Shown one piece after another: positions 1-11,973 of a stretch of DNA of 64,000 nt (within the stretch, counting starts at the first letter, position 1; every line of letters begins with the position of its first letter). The DNA is from Vitrella brassicaformis CCMP3155 (taxonomy: Eukaryota > Protista > Chromerida). Under the pieces are notes generated by a model. It did not search any database and was not told where the DNA came from. It saw only the letters and a list, made by a program, of their open reading frames with translations. The position numbers and the translations under genes were made by a program. Where the stretch lies: the NCBI GenBank assembly GCA_001179505.1, contig CDMY01000964.1, forward strand, positions 124,001-188,000, in the 5' to 3' direction.

Positions 1-316
1 GAGTAGTTAGTACTGCTGGTCGATCGGTCGACTCACAGCCGGACTCAAACCAACCAACCAGTCACACCCCACCCCAGCACACCCGAGCACACCCAAGCAC
101 CCAGCCAGCCACTCACACACCGGTCCATCCCACCCATCCGATGCATCTCAGTCTGATACTGACCTGCATCGATCGCATCGCGGGCGGCACCAAACACCCC
201 CACACACACGAAGACACAATGAGCGAATGCCTGAGAAGGAAGGCTGGCTGACACGTCATCCATCCCTTCGAGCTTACCGTGCCTGAGTGGGTAGATCCGA
301 TCCGTCCATCCATCCA

Positions 317-924
317 TCAGTCGTATGCCGGTGCGGGTGCGCTCCGGTGTTGGGTGGGCCTGGGCGTCCAGCTGGCGGCCAGGGCGTTCCTCAGGCGCTC
401 GAAGGCAGTGGTCGTCCGCGCGTGATGCAATGGCAGGGGGGAGGGGGCGGGGCTTGCGGGGCGGGCAGACGACACGGCAGCGGGGGCAGACGGCCGCGGC
501 CTCTTGTCCAACACACGGTCCAGGCCCCGCTGCTTCCGCTGCTGCTTCCGGATCGCCTGATTGCAGACAGAAGAGAAGCCCACACACATACACACACGTG
601 ACACATCTGGTTTGTGTTGTGGTGTGGTGTGACCGGCTTGGTTCACATACCGATGAGATGAAGTGGGTGAACAGGATGCCTGCAGGGACGGCGAACCAGG
701 CCGCCTGACACACCTTGCACTTGATCTCCTCGGGCGAACCCAACGGCTGAGCCAACTTCTTGCTCTGACATGACAATACATCACATCAGCGACAGAACGC
801 CACACGCACCCGCGGGCACACGCGGACACAGAGCAGATGCGTGGACCGCTCTCTGATCGCCTCCACACGCCCTCCCTTCGTGTCTCACCAGGTATCGCTC
901 CAACTTGAACCCGTGAATCGCCAT
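317..924 (-). CDS. Small hypothetical protein (~130 aa, 3 exons) with CxxC followed by a hydrophobic helix and a basic tail
   Basis: Exons ~924-889, ~765-649 and ~558-317 join in frame across GT-AG introns: MAIHGFKLERYL|SKKLAQPLGSPEEIKCKVCQAAWFAVPAGILFTHFISS|AIRKQQRKQRG...PAYD*. Confidence 0.5.
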
Positions 925-1163
925 CAGTGCGTCCTCTCAACCACACAACACCTGACACACCACCCACAGCACCGGACAAAGGAACGGTCATTGCCCGGCC
1001 TCGGACCTCCCCCCGCCCCTCCCCCTGCCTCCCTCCCGTCCCTCCCTGGCCGCCCTGTGACCTCCGTGCATTCCTTTGCGTCCATTTCCCCTCCCGGCGT
1101 GTGTGGCGCGCTTACCACGTCAGCTTGGCTACGTAGCGGTTAGGCGTGAACAAAACCTTACTC

Positions 1164-1258
1164 TGCGAGCTTCCCTCGATGTGTGTACTCCTCCTCGACT
1201 TTTCCTTTTCCTTCTCCTTGGGTGCGAGCTTAAAAGAGACGTAGAATCGTAGCTCGCA
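1164..1258. promoter_or_regulatory. Three copies of AGCTCGCA/TGCGAGCT in the divergent region between gene 1 and IDO
   Basis: TGCGAGCTT at 1164 and 1223, TAGCTCGCA at 1250. The same 8-mer recurs in other head-to-head intergenic regions (see findings). Confidence 0.5.
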
Positions 1259-2004
1259 AATTCTCTTGAGACCACTTTTTCGGACCGTAGGGCCTGTGAC
1301 GGTGCAGCACTTCATTCGGGTAAGCTCAGATCTGACAAATGCCGAAACACCCCCACTGTTGGTGGTGATCTCGCCCTTCTCTCTGTGCGTGCGGTCCGTG
1401 TGGCTGGTCGGTCTGGTGCAGGCTGCCTTCCTTCTCGGTTACATTCGAGTGCTGATCATCTGAGCGCGGGGCTTGCTTCGCGCTCATCGTTTTTTGACGG
1501 CCGGGTGACTGCTGTGAGATCAGCAGCAGGAGGCGCCGCCCATGTGCTGGTGGGACAGCTACGAGCGTAGCCGCTTCTCGGGGCTGGTGGACCCCAGACG
1601 AGACCCCAGACGACAGGGGGTCTAGCCGCCCCGCCCTACACTCTCTCACTCTCTTACTTCCCTAGCTACTCTCCTGAGGACTCGCTGACTGACTGGCTGA
1701 CTGACTGACTGACTGACTCGGCGTCTGTGAGTGAAGACAGTGACGTGTTGGTGTTTGTCTGTGTACGGCTATTTGTTCCAAACAAACTGGCTGGCTGGCT
1801 GGCTGAGAGGGGCGTGCCTGTGTTGTGAAGACAGTGGCGTGATTGATGGGTGTGATGGGGGTGCTCATCTGTTCGTTTTAAGAGCTCACTCTCTCTCTCT
1901 CTCTGTCTCTCTGTCTGTGTGTGCCACACACTCTCAGCCGCACTCACACTCTCACTCTCGTCACATTTTGCCTCACACACGCGCTGACCATCATCACACA
2001 CATC

Positions 2005-3760
2005 ATGGCCACTTTCCTCCCTCTCTCTCTGCGTGACTATGGCCTCTCCGCAGAGAGCGGTTTTCTCCCCTCCGAGCCTCCCGTGGGCCGTCTCGCCGAC
2101 CCCTATTTCGAAAAGTGGGAGGAGCTCGCCACGGACGTGCCTTCGCGCGTCAAGGACATGGCTCTTTTTCGGGAGCAGATCGAGGGCATGTGTGTGCTGG
2201 ACAGCTCGCGCATAGGGGCGGGGGATGAGTGTTCGCTGCGTCGGGCGTATGTGGTGCTGTCTGTGTTGGGCCATGCCTACGTGTGGGGCGGCGGGGATGA
2301 GGGCGTCCGGGACGTGCTGCCCAAGAGCATTGCGGTGCCATGGTAAGTACGTCAGTGAGTAGAGTGAGGGGAGTGAGGGAATGGCGCACACACACACCGT
2401 TGTTTTAATGCATTTCTCTCTCTCTCTCTGTGTGTGTGGTGTGTTAAGGTGTGCGGTGAGCGATCGGCTGGGAGTGCCGCCCGTGGTGACCCACGCGTCC
2501 ATGGACCTTTGGAACTGGGCACTCATCGACGCCGACGGACCCATGGACATCGAAAACCTCAAGTAGGCACACACACACACACAGACACAGACAGACGACC
2601 GCGCCAAGGACGAAAGGGGACCCGTTGTCTGTCTGTCTGTCTGTCTGTTGGTCAGGTGCCACACGCACTTCACAGGAAGTCGGTCGGAGGAGTGGTTCCA
2701 CCTGATCCCCACCGTCATCGAGCACGCCGGCGCGCCCCTCATCCACCAAACACTCGACCTCGCACACACGCTCAACAAAGCACCCGAGACACCCACACCC
2801 ACACCCCCGCCGCCCAGCCCCACTGCCACCCATCACCTCCCGCCCTCCCCCGCCCTCACCGACGAGCTGCTGCAGTACCTGGGCTGCCTGGCGTCGACCC
2901 TCCGCAGTGTGACATCGCTCATCGGCCGCATGTACGAGGGATGCTGCCGCTTCGAGTTCTACTTCAAGCAGCGGCCCTTTCTCGCCGGCTTCGGCTCGAG
3001 CGAGGCGCTCCCCGACGGCTTGGTCTACGAGGGGGTGTCCAACGAGGCGAGGACATACAAGGGTGCGTCTGCGGGGCAGTCGAGCCTCATCCAGATGCTG
3101 GACGTCATGCTGGGCGTCAACCATGACGACCCCTTCCTCAGTGAGATGCGCGACTACATGCCAGCCCGACACGCGCGGTTCCTCGAGGACCTGCAGCCGG
3201 TCGGAGAGGCCATGCGCGCACTCATCCGTGCCAGTGAGCCGCCAGCCCCCCTCCTCCCCTCCCCCTCCCCCTCCCCCTGCCCCTCTCCCTCTCCCTCCCC
3301 CCTGGTGGACGCCTTCAACGAGTGCATCGACCTGCTGGCGGCGTTTCGGTCGGCGCACATGGGCCTGGTCTACACGTACATCATCCAACTCAAGCGGCAC
3401 CATGCCGCACCACCGACACCGACAGCCGCCCCCACCACCACCACCAGTACCCCCAATACCGAGGAGGCGACTCCAGAGTGGGTGGTGCAGGGGGGGCACC
3501 AGGAGAGGAGCGAGAGCCTCACCGACGTCGGCACCGGCGGCACTGACCTGCTGCCTTTCCTCAAGCAGTGCAAGCAGGAAACCGTCGAGGCCCGCATGGA
3601 GGGTGCGGACGGGCCGCCTTTGCTGACTGCAGAGGATCGGAGTACCAGCAAGGGCAGCGGCATGACACTGCTGATCGTCGAGGAGCAGGACGACGAGCTT
3701 GACAGGGGGGATGGGGACGGGGAGGGGGAGGACACGCCCACATGTGGCGGCAGTGGGTGA
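2005..3760 (+). CDS. IDO: Indoleamine 2,3-dioxygenase family heme protein (3 exons: 2005-2342, 2449-2562, 2656-3760)
   Basis: IDO-family motifs: RRAYVVLSVLGHAYVWG, LGVPPVVTHA..LWNW, FTGSRSEEWF, GASAGQSSLIQMLD, MRDYMP..H..FL, proximal His in FRSAH, GTGGTDLLPFLK. Splice phases are consistent. Confidence 0.93.
2563..2655 (+). repeat. Representative intron with (CA)n/(GACA)n 5' half and (TGTC)n 3' half; pattern recurs across the window
   Basis: gtaggcacacacacacacacagacacagacagac ... ttgtctgtctgtctgtctgtctgttggtcag. Confidence 0.85.
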
Positions 3761-3966
3761 GGGAGGGTCATAACGGGGGAAGGAAGATTGGAGGGAGGGA
3801 GGCATGGGCGGCGGGGGTCTCTGTCTTGTCTGTCTCATCGCGTCATGCTGCCGTGTCGAGTCGTGTCGTGTCGTGTCGCAGTGCTGGTCTTGGAGTGTCT
3901 TGGCTGGCTTCTTTCTCGATAGCTAATATGATCTATATAACAAGCATCATGGCAAGCCGTGGTTTA

Positions 3967-4270
3967 GTCTTCATAGCGCTTCGATGAATGAGGGAGGGAG
4001 GGAGGGAGGGGAGACGGGGACACGACGGCTTTTGGACATGCACGCACAGTGTCATCACAGCACACCCTCTCGCGTCTCACCTTTCCGATCCTGCTGACTG
4101 ACTTGTGAGCCCGTTTTGCCAGTCTTCGTAGCGCTTCAACGAGGGAGGGAGGGAGGGAGGGAGGGAGAATCTTTTTCGCGAGGCGGGATCGCATCGTCCG
4201 CCGTCACAACACACCCGCTCGCGTCTCGCTTTCCCGATTCTCTGCTGTTTTTTTGGGGCCGTTTTGCCTT
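3967..4270. repeat. Imperfect tandem duplication, ~155 bp unit, in the 3' region of IDO
   Basis: Units start gtcttcatagcgcttcgatg (3967) and gtcttcgtagcgcttcaacg (4122). Each has a (GAGG)n tract, cacaccc.ctcgcgtctc.c.tt.ccgat and ccgttttgcc. Confidence 0.7.
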
Positions 4271-5751
4271 GACGACTCAGTGATTGAGTGAATGAGTGTC
4301 GGCCGGCCGGCGTGCCGCTATCTTTTTCGCAGTAGTAGTGGAAGAATGAGGCCTTTTTGTGTCTGTCTGTCTGTCTGTCTGTCGATTTTCCTCGGGGCAC
4401 TGCAGCGGCTGTGGTGAGCCGCGCCGACTGCCTGCCTTTTTGAGCCTGGTTTAGGTAGGTAGGTATGGCCGGGAAAAAGCAGTAGCAACGTGGCAACGTG
4501 CTTCGTGTCTGTGTGTATGTGTGTGTGTGTGTGTGTTGTGGGATGGCAACGGGGGATGGACACACTGGCTGAATTTGCTTGGCTTGCATCATGATGTGTC
4601 CGATCGGCCCTGAGTGTCGACTTTCAAATGACAGACAGGGGGAGGGAGTGGATGGCTGCCTGCCTGCCTGCCTCCCTGCCGGGATTTTGGGCCGTCGACA
4701 CTTTTAGAGGCCGTGCACGGATGGACCGACCGATCGGTGGCTGATGTTGTACATGTGTGTTGATGAGTGAGTGAGTGCGGCTGCTGCTGCTGCTGCTGGT
4801 GATCGAAGTCCCTTGTGGTGGCCAGAGGGGGCGTGCCGTGTTGTCACTGTTTTCGGCTCCAGTGTGTGTGCATACGATGGATGCGTCATCACGGACTGCT
4901 ACGAGATTTTCTGTGCTCGTGTGTTTCCGCTGCCTTTTTCTTCCTCTCCGTCGGTCTGCGTGTGGTTCGGGTATTCCTCCGCCTCGTCGAAGTTGTCTGT
5001 GTTTTGGCTTGTCAGCACGAAGCTCAGATTACTTCGATCGCTGTGGGGGTGGAAGACACGAGGCCACACGACGCGGCCCCACATTGACACGGAGACGGAA
5101 GATGTGTGCATGGAACCGCCGTGTGCGTCAAGACAAGACAGCCTTTCCAGTTCCTCCGCCACTCAGGGTGTGCGCTCTGCCATTGTGTGTTTCTACTTCT
5201 TCTTGAAGCCGTCTGTGTTTCGGGTTGTCCGCACGAAGGCACAGACGGCTTCGGGGAGGTGGAGCAACACACAGAGGCACGACACGCGAAGGGCGATATG
5301 TCCGTCTGTATGTGACCCATTTTGCATCATCGCGCGTGGCATTCGATGGATGGATGGATGGGTGGATGGGTGGTGTGTCGGTGACGGTGTTTCTCCTTCC
5401 GCGTCGGGCTCCCTGAGTTGCATCCCTTTGTGAGCTCATGGACACCGATGCGTGGGCGGGAGCGCACGCGCTGACATGCTGCTGTGTGTGTTGCTGTGCT
5501 GTGTGTGGCTCACTTCACGGAGAAGAAAAGACTTACTGGAATCGAATCAGTGTGTGCATGGGATGTGACGACCACAGAGACGTTTACGCACGGTATGAGG
5601 TCAACAGCTGAGCTGGTTGCGATAATGTATGTCAGTCACTTGAAGCGAAACACATCACTCATGTTAGTCAAGTCTACACACCCCAGCATAGCATCCATCT
5701 GTCTGTCTGTCCATCCATGTGTGTGTGTGTTCCGGCACTCACTCGTTCACT

Positions 5752-8477
5752 TCACTCCCCCGCCTTCGGGTCTAGATCACCCTCAGAGTACCGGGCCTGC
5801 ACAAACGAAGCCAACACCAGAGTCAGCTGCAGGGCGACAGACAGTGGCTCCCTCTTTGTCTCTCTGTCCACCCAGGTACCTCCTCGAAGAACTTGGCCGT
5901 GACCACCCGGCCACCGAAGAACCGACCGTTGAAATTCTGCAACGCTGCACACACACACACACCCCGGAAATGACGACAACGGACAAACCAGTCAAGTCAG
6001 TCAGCCAATCGGCCTGCCTGCCAGGCATGCCGTCTCTGCCTCCTCCTGTGTGTTTTGTGTGGCGGACCGGACTTACCTTTGGTCGCGTTGTCTTTGGTTT
6101 CGTATTCCAAGAAGATGCGCACAGCCTGGTCGTCTGGCAGACCTGACACCTGAGCAGCGCAGCGCAGCACACAAGGGGAGGGAGGGGACAGGACAGCACG
6201 GGGACCCACATTTCATCGGGAGGATGCCTCGCCAACCCCTCTCTCTCAGTCTCTGTGTGTGTGGTGTGTGTGTGTCTATCAATCACATCACAAGAGCACA
6301 TGTACCCATGTACCTCATGGACGCGGCATCGAACGAGGCTGCCGTACTTGGCCCCCTCCTCGGCAGTCTCCTGCTCCAACTCGGCGTCCACCTCACCGGC
6401 ACCAACCAAGTTCTGATCGATAAAACGACAAGACAGACAAGTGACAGACACAGACAGACCCACACGTGTCGTCGATTTCCTCTCTGGTCAGTCACTTGCC
6501 CACCTGCAGCAGCAGGATGCGTGTCGCCGGCCGGCTGGGCTGCGTCGAACGAGGCTGGTCGACCAGACCGGGCCACAGACAGACAGACAGACAGTGGCTG
6601 AATGAGTGGATGGATCTCTCTGATGTGTGTGATGGGTGTGTACCTTCTTTTTGGCGGCCTCTTCAGGCGGCTGTGCGGCGCCCTGCACAATGACGCCGCT
6701 CCGCTTGTCCACCTTTTTCGCCACCAGGGGGGCGACTATCCCCTGCTTCTGACGACCCAGACCTGTTTGTTCATTCAACAGACAGACAGACAGACGCCCA
6801 CCGCACCGACCCACACAATTCACTCACTCACAAGATGCGGGGGTCTTATCTAAGGGACGCTTTGCTTATTTATGTCTGACCTTACCTTGCCCCTCCTTCC
6901 AGCCCATCTTCTCCATCAGCCGAGCAGCAAAGTCTTTCTTCTTCTCTGACATACATACATGTGTCGTGTGTGTGCATCCGCATCGCATCGCACCCACGCG
7001 CCACCACACCGCACAGACAGACATATACACGGACACGCATGACATGAAGCCATGCCGTTCTTGCCACTCCTCTCCTTGCAGACAGACAGACAGACAGACA
7101 GACCCACCTGGCTCCTTCTCGGCCTCTCCCGCCCCCGTCGGCAAATGAGCGCGGCGCTTCCACGCCTCCTCACCCTGATTGATGAGTGAATCGATCACAC
7201 GCACACAGACCATTGAGGCACACATCCAATGCACACGCATCTGAATGGAAATGTGTGTGTGTGCGTACCGAGACGTTGTTCGGGTGGGCAGCTGTCCCGG
7301 CCCGCTCTCGCTCGCGCCTCTGCCGATCCAGCTCTGCACCAAAGGAGAGAGAGGCAGACGGTACGGTGGTGAAATACATGTGGTCGCTGGCTCCACACAT
7401 CCATCCATCCATCGATCTCTCCTTGCTGCCTGCCTGCCTGCCTGGCTGACTCTCCGACCCTTTTGCATCTTCCTCTGCATATCGTCGTGCTTCTTCCGTC
7501 GCTTCCTCTCCCTCAGTATGGCCTCGTAGTTATTCGGCTTGGCCGGGTCTACAAAACCAGTAGTAAGTAGCCGACACAACACAACCCCGCACCGCAACAC
7601 ACACAACAAACGTACTCAAAGTGAACCAACCAACAACTCGACTCGACACCGCTGCCTCTTCCCGCCTGCCGGCCTGCCCTGCCCTGCCCTGCCCCATAAC
7701 ATAAACAGACACGCAGACAGACGTACGTACCGTATTCCTCGTGCACTCGGTGGTCCTCGCGTTTGGTGGCCGTCGGTGCTGCTGCGGCATCTGGGCTGGG
7801 GGTGGGGGAGGGAGGGGACACCTGGGGGGCCTTCTCGATCTCCATCGGGCTGGCGCCACCTGGGTCGTTGGCACCACTCCCATCTGAATGAAACTCACAC
7901 AACCAAACATCCACCACAGATGGGCGAAAGAGGCGAGTGCTGCAGCCAGCCAGTCAGCCAGTTAGTCAGTCAGTCACCGGCGAATGCCGCGAAGGCCGAC
8001 GCAGCGGGTTTGGGCTCGGCATCCTCCTCACGCTTCTGTAACCAACCAACCCCACCCATACGCCAACAACAAGCAAGGGCGAGAGTGAGCGATGAACACA
8101 CGCCGGTCAAGGACATCCATCCGTCGATTCTGACCGACTGACCTGTATGGGTGCTGCCGAGGGTGCTGCGGTAGGCTGTGGCGGCGGCCTCTTCCTCACT
8201 GTGTGTGGCAAAAATAGTTTGGCACGACTGGAGGACCAGGCTGACACACACACACACACCCGTCAGTCAGGCAGACAGACAGACAGGCAAGTGAAAGCGG
8301 GATGAATCGAATCCATCGGTGCTTCAGTGTGTTTCTACCTGTGGCTGCTGCGCCTTCCAGCGGCCTGGTGCCGTCCTTGCCCTCATCGCCGGCGGATTTC
8401 GACGGCGGCAGGTCGCCGTAGAGGGAACTCAGCAACGGCACGCCGGATGAAGCCACGAACTTGCCGCTCTCCGCCAT
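5752..8477 (-). CDS. RBM17: Splicing factor 45 (G-patch + UHM/RRM), multi-exon
   Basis: EEY|DPAKPNNYE motif; G-patch FAARLMEKMGWKEGQ|GLGRQKQGIVAPL; UHM NLVGAGEVDAELEQETAEEGAKYG, AVRIFLEY, NGRFFGGRVVTAKFFEE; stop at 5752. Confidence 0.92.
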
Positions 8478-8522
8478 GACTACACACTACACACGCCTGA
8501 GTCGAAGAGAACGTTCGATTGC

Positions 8523-8560
8523 TTAGGGTTTTAGGATTTAAGGTCTTTGGGTTTAGACCC
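8523..8560. repeat. Degenerate telomere-like (TTAGGG/TTTAGG) tract, telo-box-like, just upstream of the SPF45 ATG
   Basis: ttagggttttaggatttaaggtctttgggtttagaccc; reads AAAACCCTAA on the SPF45 sense strand. Confidence 0.4.
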
Positions 8561-9257
8561 TGGCGGTCTGGCCCCTTCGGGGTTTGGACTCGCGGTCAAT
8601 TTGTATTATGTACAAATACAGACAGACAGGCAGGCACCAATGAGTGAGTGAGTGACACGCACTGCACCGCACGACAGCCATGCCATCCACACTCACGCAC
8701 AGATAGATGGATGTCCACGGTCACACATGCAGACATACACACAAACATCACACACGGGAAAAAGATCGAATGGACGCCTCTCGCCAGCTGAAGAAACATG
8801 AAGCCCGGCCTGGCCTGGCCGTGATGGATGGATGGATGGATGGTCGGACGGACAGACAGAAGAGTGATTTCGGGATGGATGGATGGAGGGGCGCCCCTAG
8901 ATCACTCATCTGTCCGTCCATCCATCCATCCACCCGTACACACCACACCGTACCGCACACCTTGCAATGCATTCAATGCCATCACATATATCAGTCCTGC
9001 CGGCCTCTATGCACACACCCGTGCGTCAGTCAGGACACGCCGGCGAGCCCTGCCATCGCGTGTTAGCCTGGCTGGCCTGGCCTGGTCGCTTCCCTCACCT
9101 CCTTCCCCTTCCCCCTTGTTGGTGCTATCGGTCAGTCAGTCAGCCAAAGTAGTGCGATCCATGTGTCTGTCGATGTATCTATCTATCGGCTGGTCTGGTC
9201 TTTTGCCTGCCTGCCTGTGTCTCTCTCCGGGGGTGGGTGTGGTGTGAAGCGGGGGAG

Positions 9258-10836
9258 CTAACGGTTGGCCTCACGGAGGATGGAGAGGATGTACAAAAAG
9301 ATCTGACGGGGACACACAGACGGACAGACAGACAGACAGACAGGCAGACAGACACACAGGGCATGGCATGGCATGGCATGGCACACACGAGATACGGCAG
9401 GGAACTCAGTTGCTGCGTGTGTGTGTGCGTGTGTGAGGGTTTCGACTGGCGCACCTGGATGATGTCGATGTAGAGCATCAGAGCGGCGAAGCAGTAGTCA
9501 TCCTGACACAGGCAGACAGACAGACAGACAGGAGGGCGAGAGAGTGAGTGCAGGCGTTCGAGGAGGCCCTGCCTGTTCGTCATCTGTTCTGTTCCTCACC
9601 ACGCTGAAGGCAAAGCGATAGTGCTTCTTGCCCACCTACAGACAGACACAGCAAGACAAACAAAGCAGCACAGCCCCAGCCAGACACACAGATGCTATCT
9701 ATGCTCTCCTCACACCACAGGCAGTGCTGTCTGTCTGTGCTGTGCTCCATTACTCCATGCATGTTATGTTTCTTACGATGAGTTGCGTGTCGTAGACGAG
9801 GTAGATGGAGAAGAGGAGCACCCCCAGGCCGGCGTAAATGATATGGGCCCATTTGAAGTGCAAGCCACACGCCGACATTATCATCAACACCAGTCCCGTC
9901 AGAAACAGGGCGATGCAGCATACGAACAAGTACGGACCAATGCCCGTGAAGTCGTATCTGAGGGACACACGCACAGACACACCAATCCACCCATTCTAGA
10001 ACCACTCCTCTCCCCCTGCCCTGTGTGCGAAGAAAGGAAGCTGCTGACTGACTTGGTCTGGAAGGCGAACAGAGTGAGGGACAGGACGATGCCCGTCGTG
10101 AGGGCCGCGGCGACCAGGACGAGCTGCGGGTCCGTGAAGGCGCAGATGCTGCCCACCAGCAGCCCCTCCACGGCCGTCCACACACCCAGGAGGATATAGT
10201 TGGTCGGGAACTGACGCATCAGGCCGGAGAAACACATCATCACAAAGGTCAGCACCAACTACACACACACACACACACAGGCACACACACACACACACAC
10301 AGGCACACAGAAAGTTGCGAAAGCAATGATCTGTCATTGGTCAATCGGCTTGTGTGTGTGTGTGACGTGTGTGGTGTGTGATGCCCACTTACCTGAACGG
10401 CCATGGCCACCCAGAGAATGGCTGCGTTTTTGGCGATGAAGAGTTTTGCGGCGTCTGTGCAGAGACAGGCGGCCATGACGGTCGTGATGAGCAGCTGCAC
10501 CGACAAAATCCCGTACACCTTCCGGATGAACCCGTGGCGGATCCTGCAGCCAGGCAGCCAGGCAGGCAGGCAGGCATCGCACCGATGAAACCAGCCAACA
10601 CAAGAGGCGACGCACGCCAACGCAACATAACACCACACCCTCGTCTCGTTTGGTGCCCGTAGGAAAGCCACCGCTTGCTTTGCTCCCCTCCCTCCCTGAG
10701 TTGTAAGGCCTTACGTGGTGTGGACATCGTCGGTCAGCACTTGATGTCCGTCTTGGACAGGAGAAATGAGGCCCTTCTCCTCGGCGTCGCTGTCCTGCCA
10801 TGACGCGTAGTTGGGGCTGCGCTGGGTGGTCGTCAT
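9258..10836 (-). CDS. Bax inhibitor-1 / TMBIM (lifeguard-like) multi-pass membrane protein
   Basis: IRHGFIRKVYGILSVQLLIT, QFPTNYILLGVWT, LTLFAFQTK|YDFTG, FSIYLVYDTQLI, DDYCFAALMLYIDIIQ|IFLYILSIL; ATG 10836, TAG 9258. Confidence 0.9.
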
Positions 10837-11147
10837 CCTCACGAGAAGCTGCTCGCTGGTCTCTCCCGATTCAGAAAGCGGAAAGTGGCTCAGGCTACTG
10901 CTGGGGAAAATTCGCTCAACACACGCTTACAGGCGTCCTTGTGGAGGCTCCCTGGCACCGTAAAATGTCCAGAGACCAGGCGACAGCGTGGGAGAGAAGG
11001 AATCGACATCAAAGCTCGCAGAAGTAAGTCAGGAGAGAGAGTTGGGCCTGATTTGAGGCTGACGTGGCCACCGAGGACCTCACACGATGGTCATTTATCG
11101 TGTCTTGATTCCTCTCCCACCCAAGTAGGGAAGGACCCAGACCCATC

Positions 11148-11940
11148 ATGATGATGACTCCCCAGCAGCTGAGGAGCCACGTCCGCACCCTCTGCCCCTT
11201 CGCCAACCCCCACTCAGCCCCCGTCCCCCCCTACCCCGTCGCTTCGGCCTTCTGCCACAGCATCAGGCTGCCCCAGTGGACTCAGAAGACACAGACGCGC
11301 CCGTTCTGCGGCGGCACCTGGCACACCGCCGCGCGGCTGTCGAGAGGCAAGGTGGACGACTATGTCAGCCGGCGCGACACGTACGACCCCTACTGGGGCA
11401 ATGAGAGCCGGCATCTGCTGCGGGCGAGTGACCATGTGTGGCGGGGCGAGGGCGAGGTCGATATGGAGGACTTTGGGAGCGGCAGTGGGAGTGGGAGTGG
11501 CGGTGGGAGCAATGGCGCTGTGACGGAGCGGGGAGGCGGCGGTGTGGTCGGCGGTTGGGGCGGTGGAGGCTCTTCTCACTTCCCCAGTGCGCGCCAGCTC
11601 AAGTATCATTTTCTGAACGCGGCGGTGCCTATGGTTGGGTTTGGGTGGATGGACAACACCGTCATGATACAGGCGGGCGAGATGGTGGACACCACCATCG
11701 GAGGTAGGTAGGCTAGATAGGCTCGGGAGATGGTCAGGAGAGCTACATATAGACCACAATCGAGCCAGTCAATGGTCATGTGTGTCGTGTCGTTGGTGCG
11801 TTTGTGTGCCCGTCACGTACTGCAGTGACATTTGGTTTGAGCACCCTGACTGCGGCGGCCTTCGGGCAAGTCTTCTCAGACGTCAGCGGGGTGTGCTTCG
11901 GAGGGACCGTCGAAGCTATCGCCAAGTGAGTATACAGAAC

Positions 11941-11973
<33 letters not shown>

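Noticed and set aside
4700-5450. Several 60-220 aa ORFs on both strands between IDO and SPF45
   Set aside because: Low-complexity, microsatellite-derived translations with no motif or coherent splice model; most likely 3' UTR or intergenic DNA.
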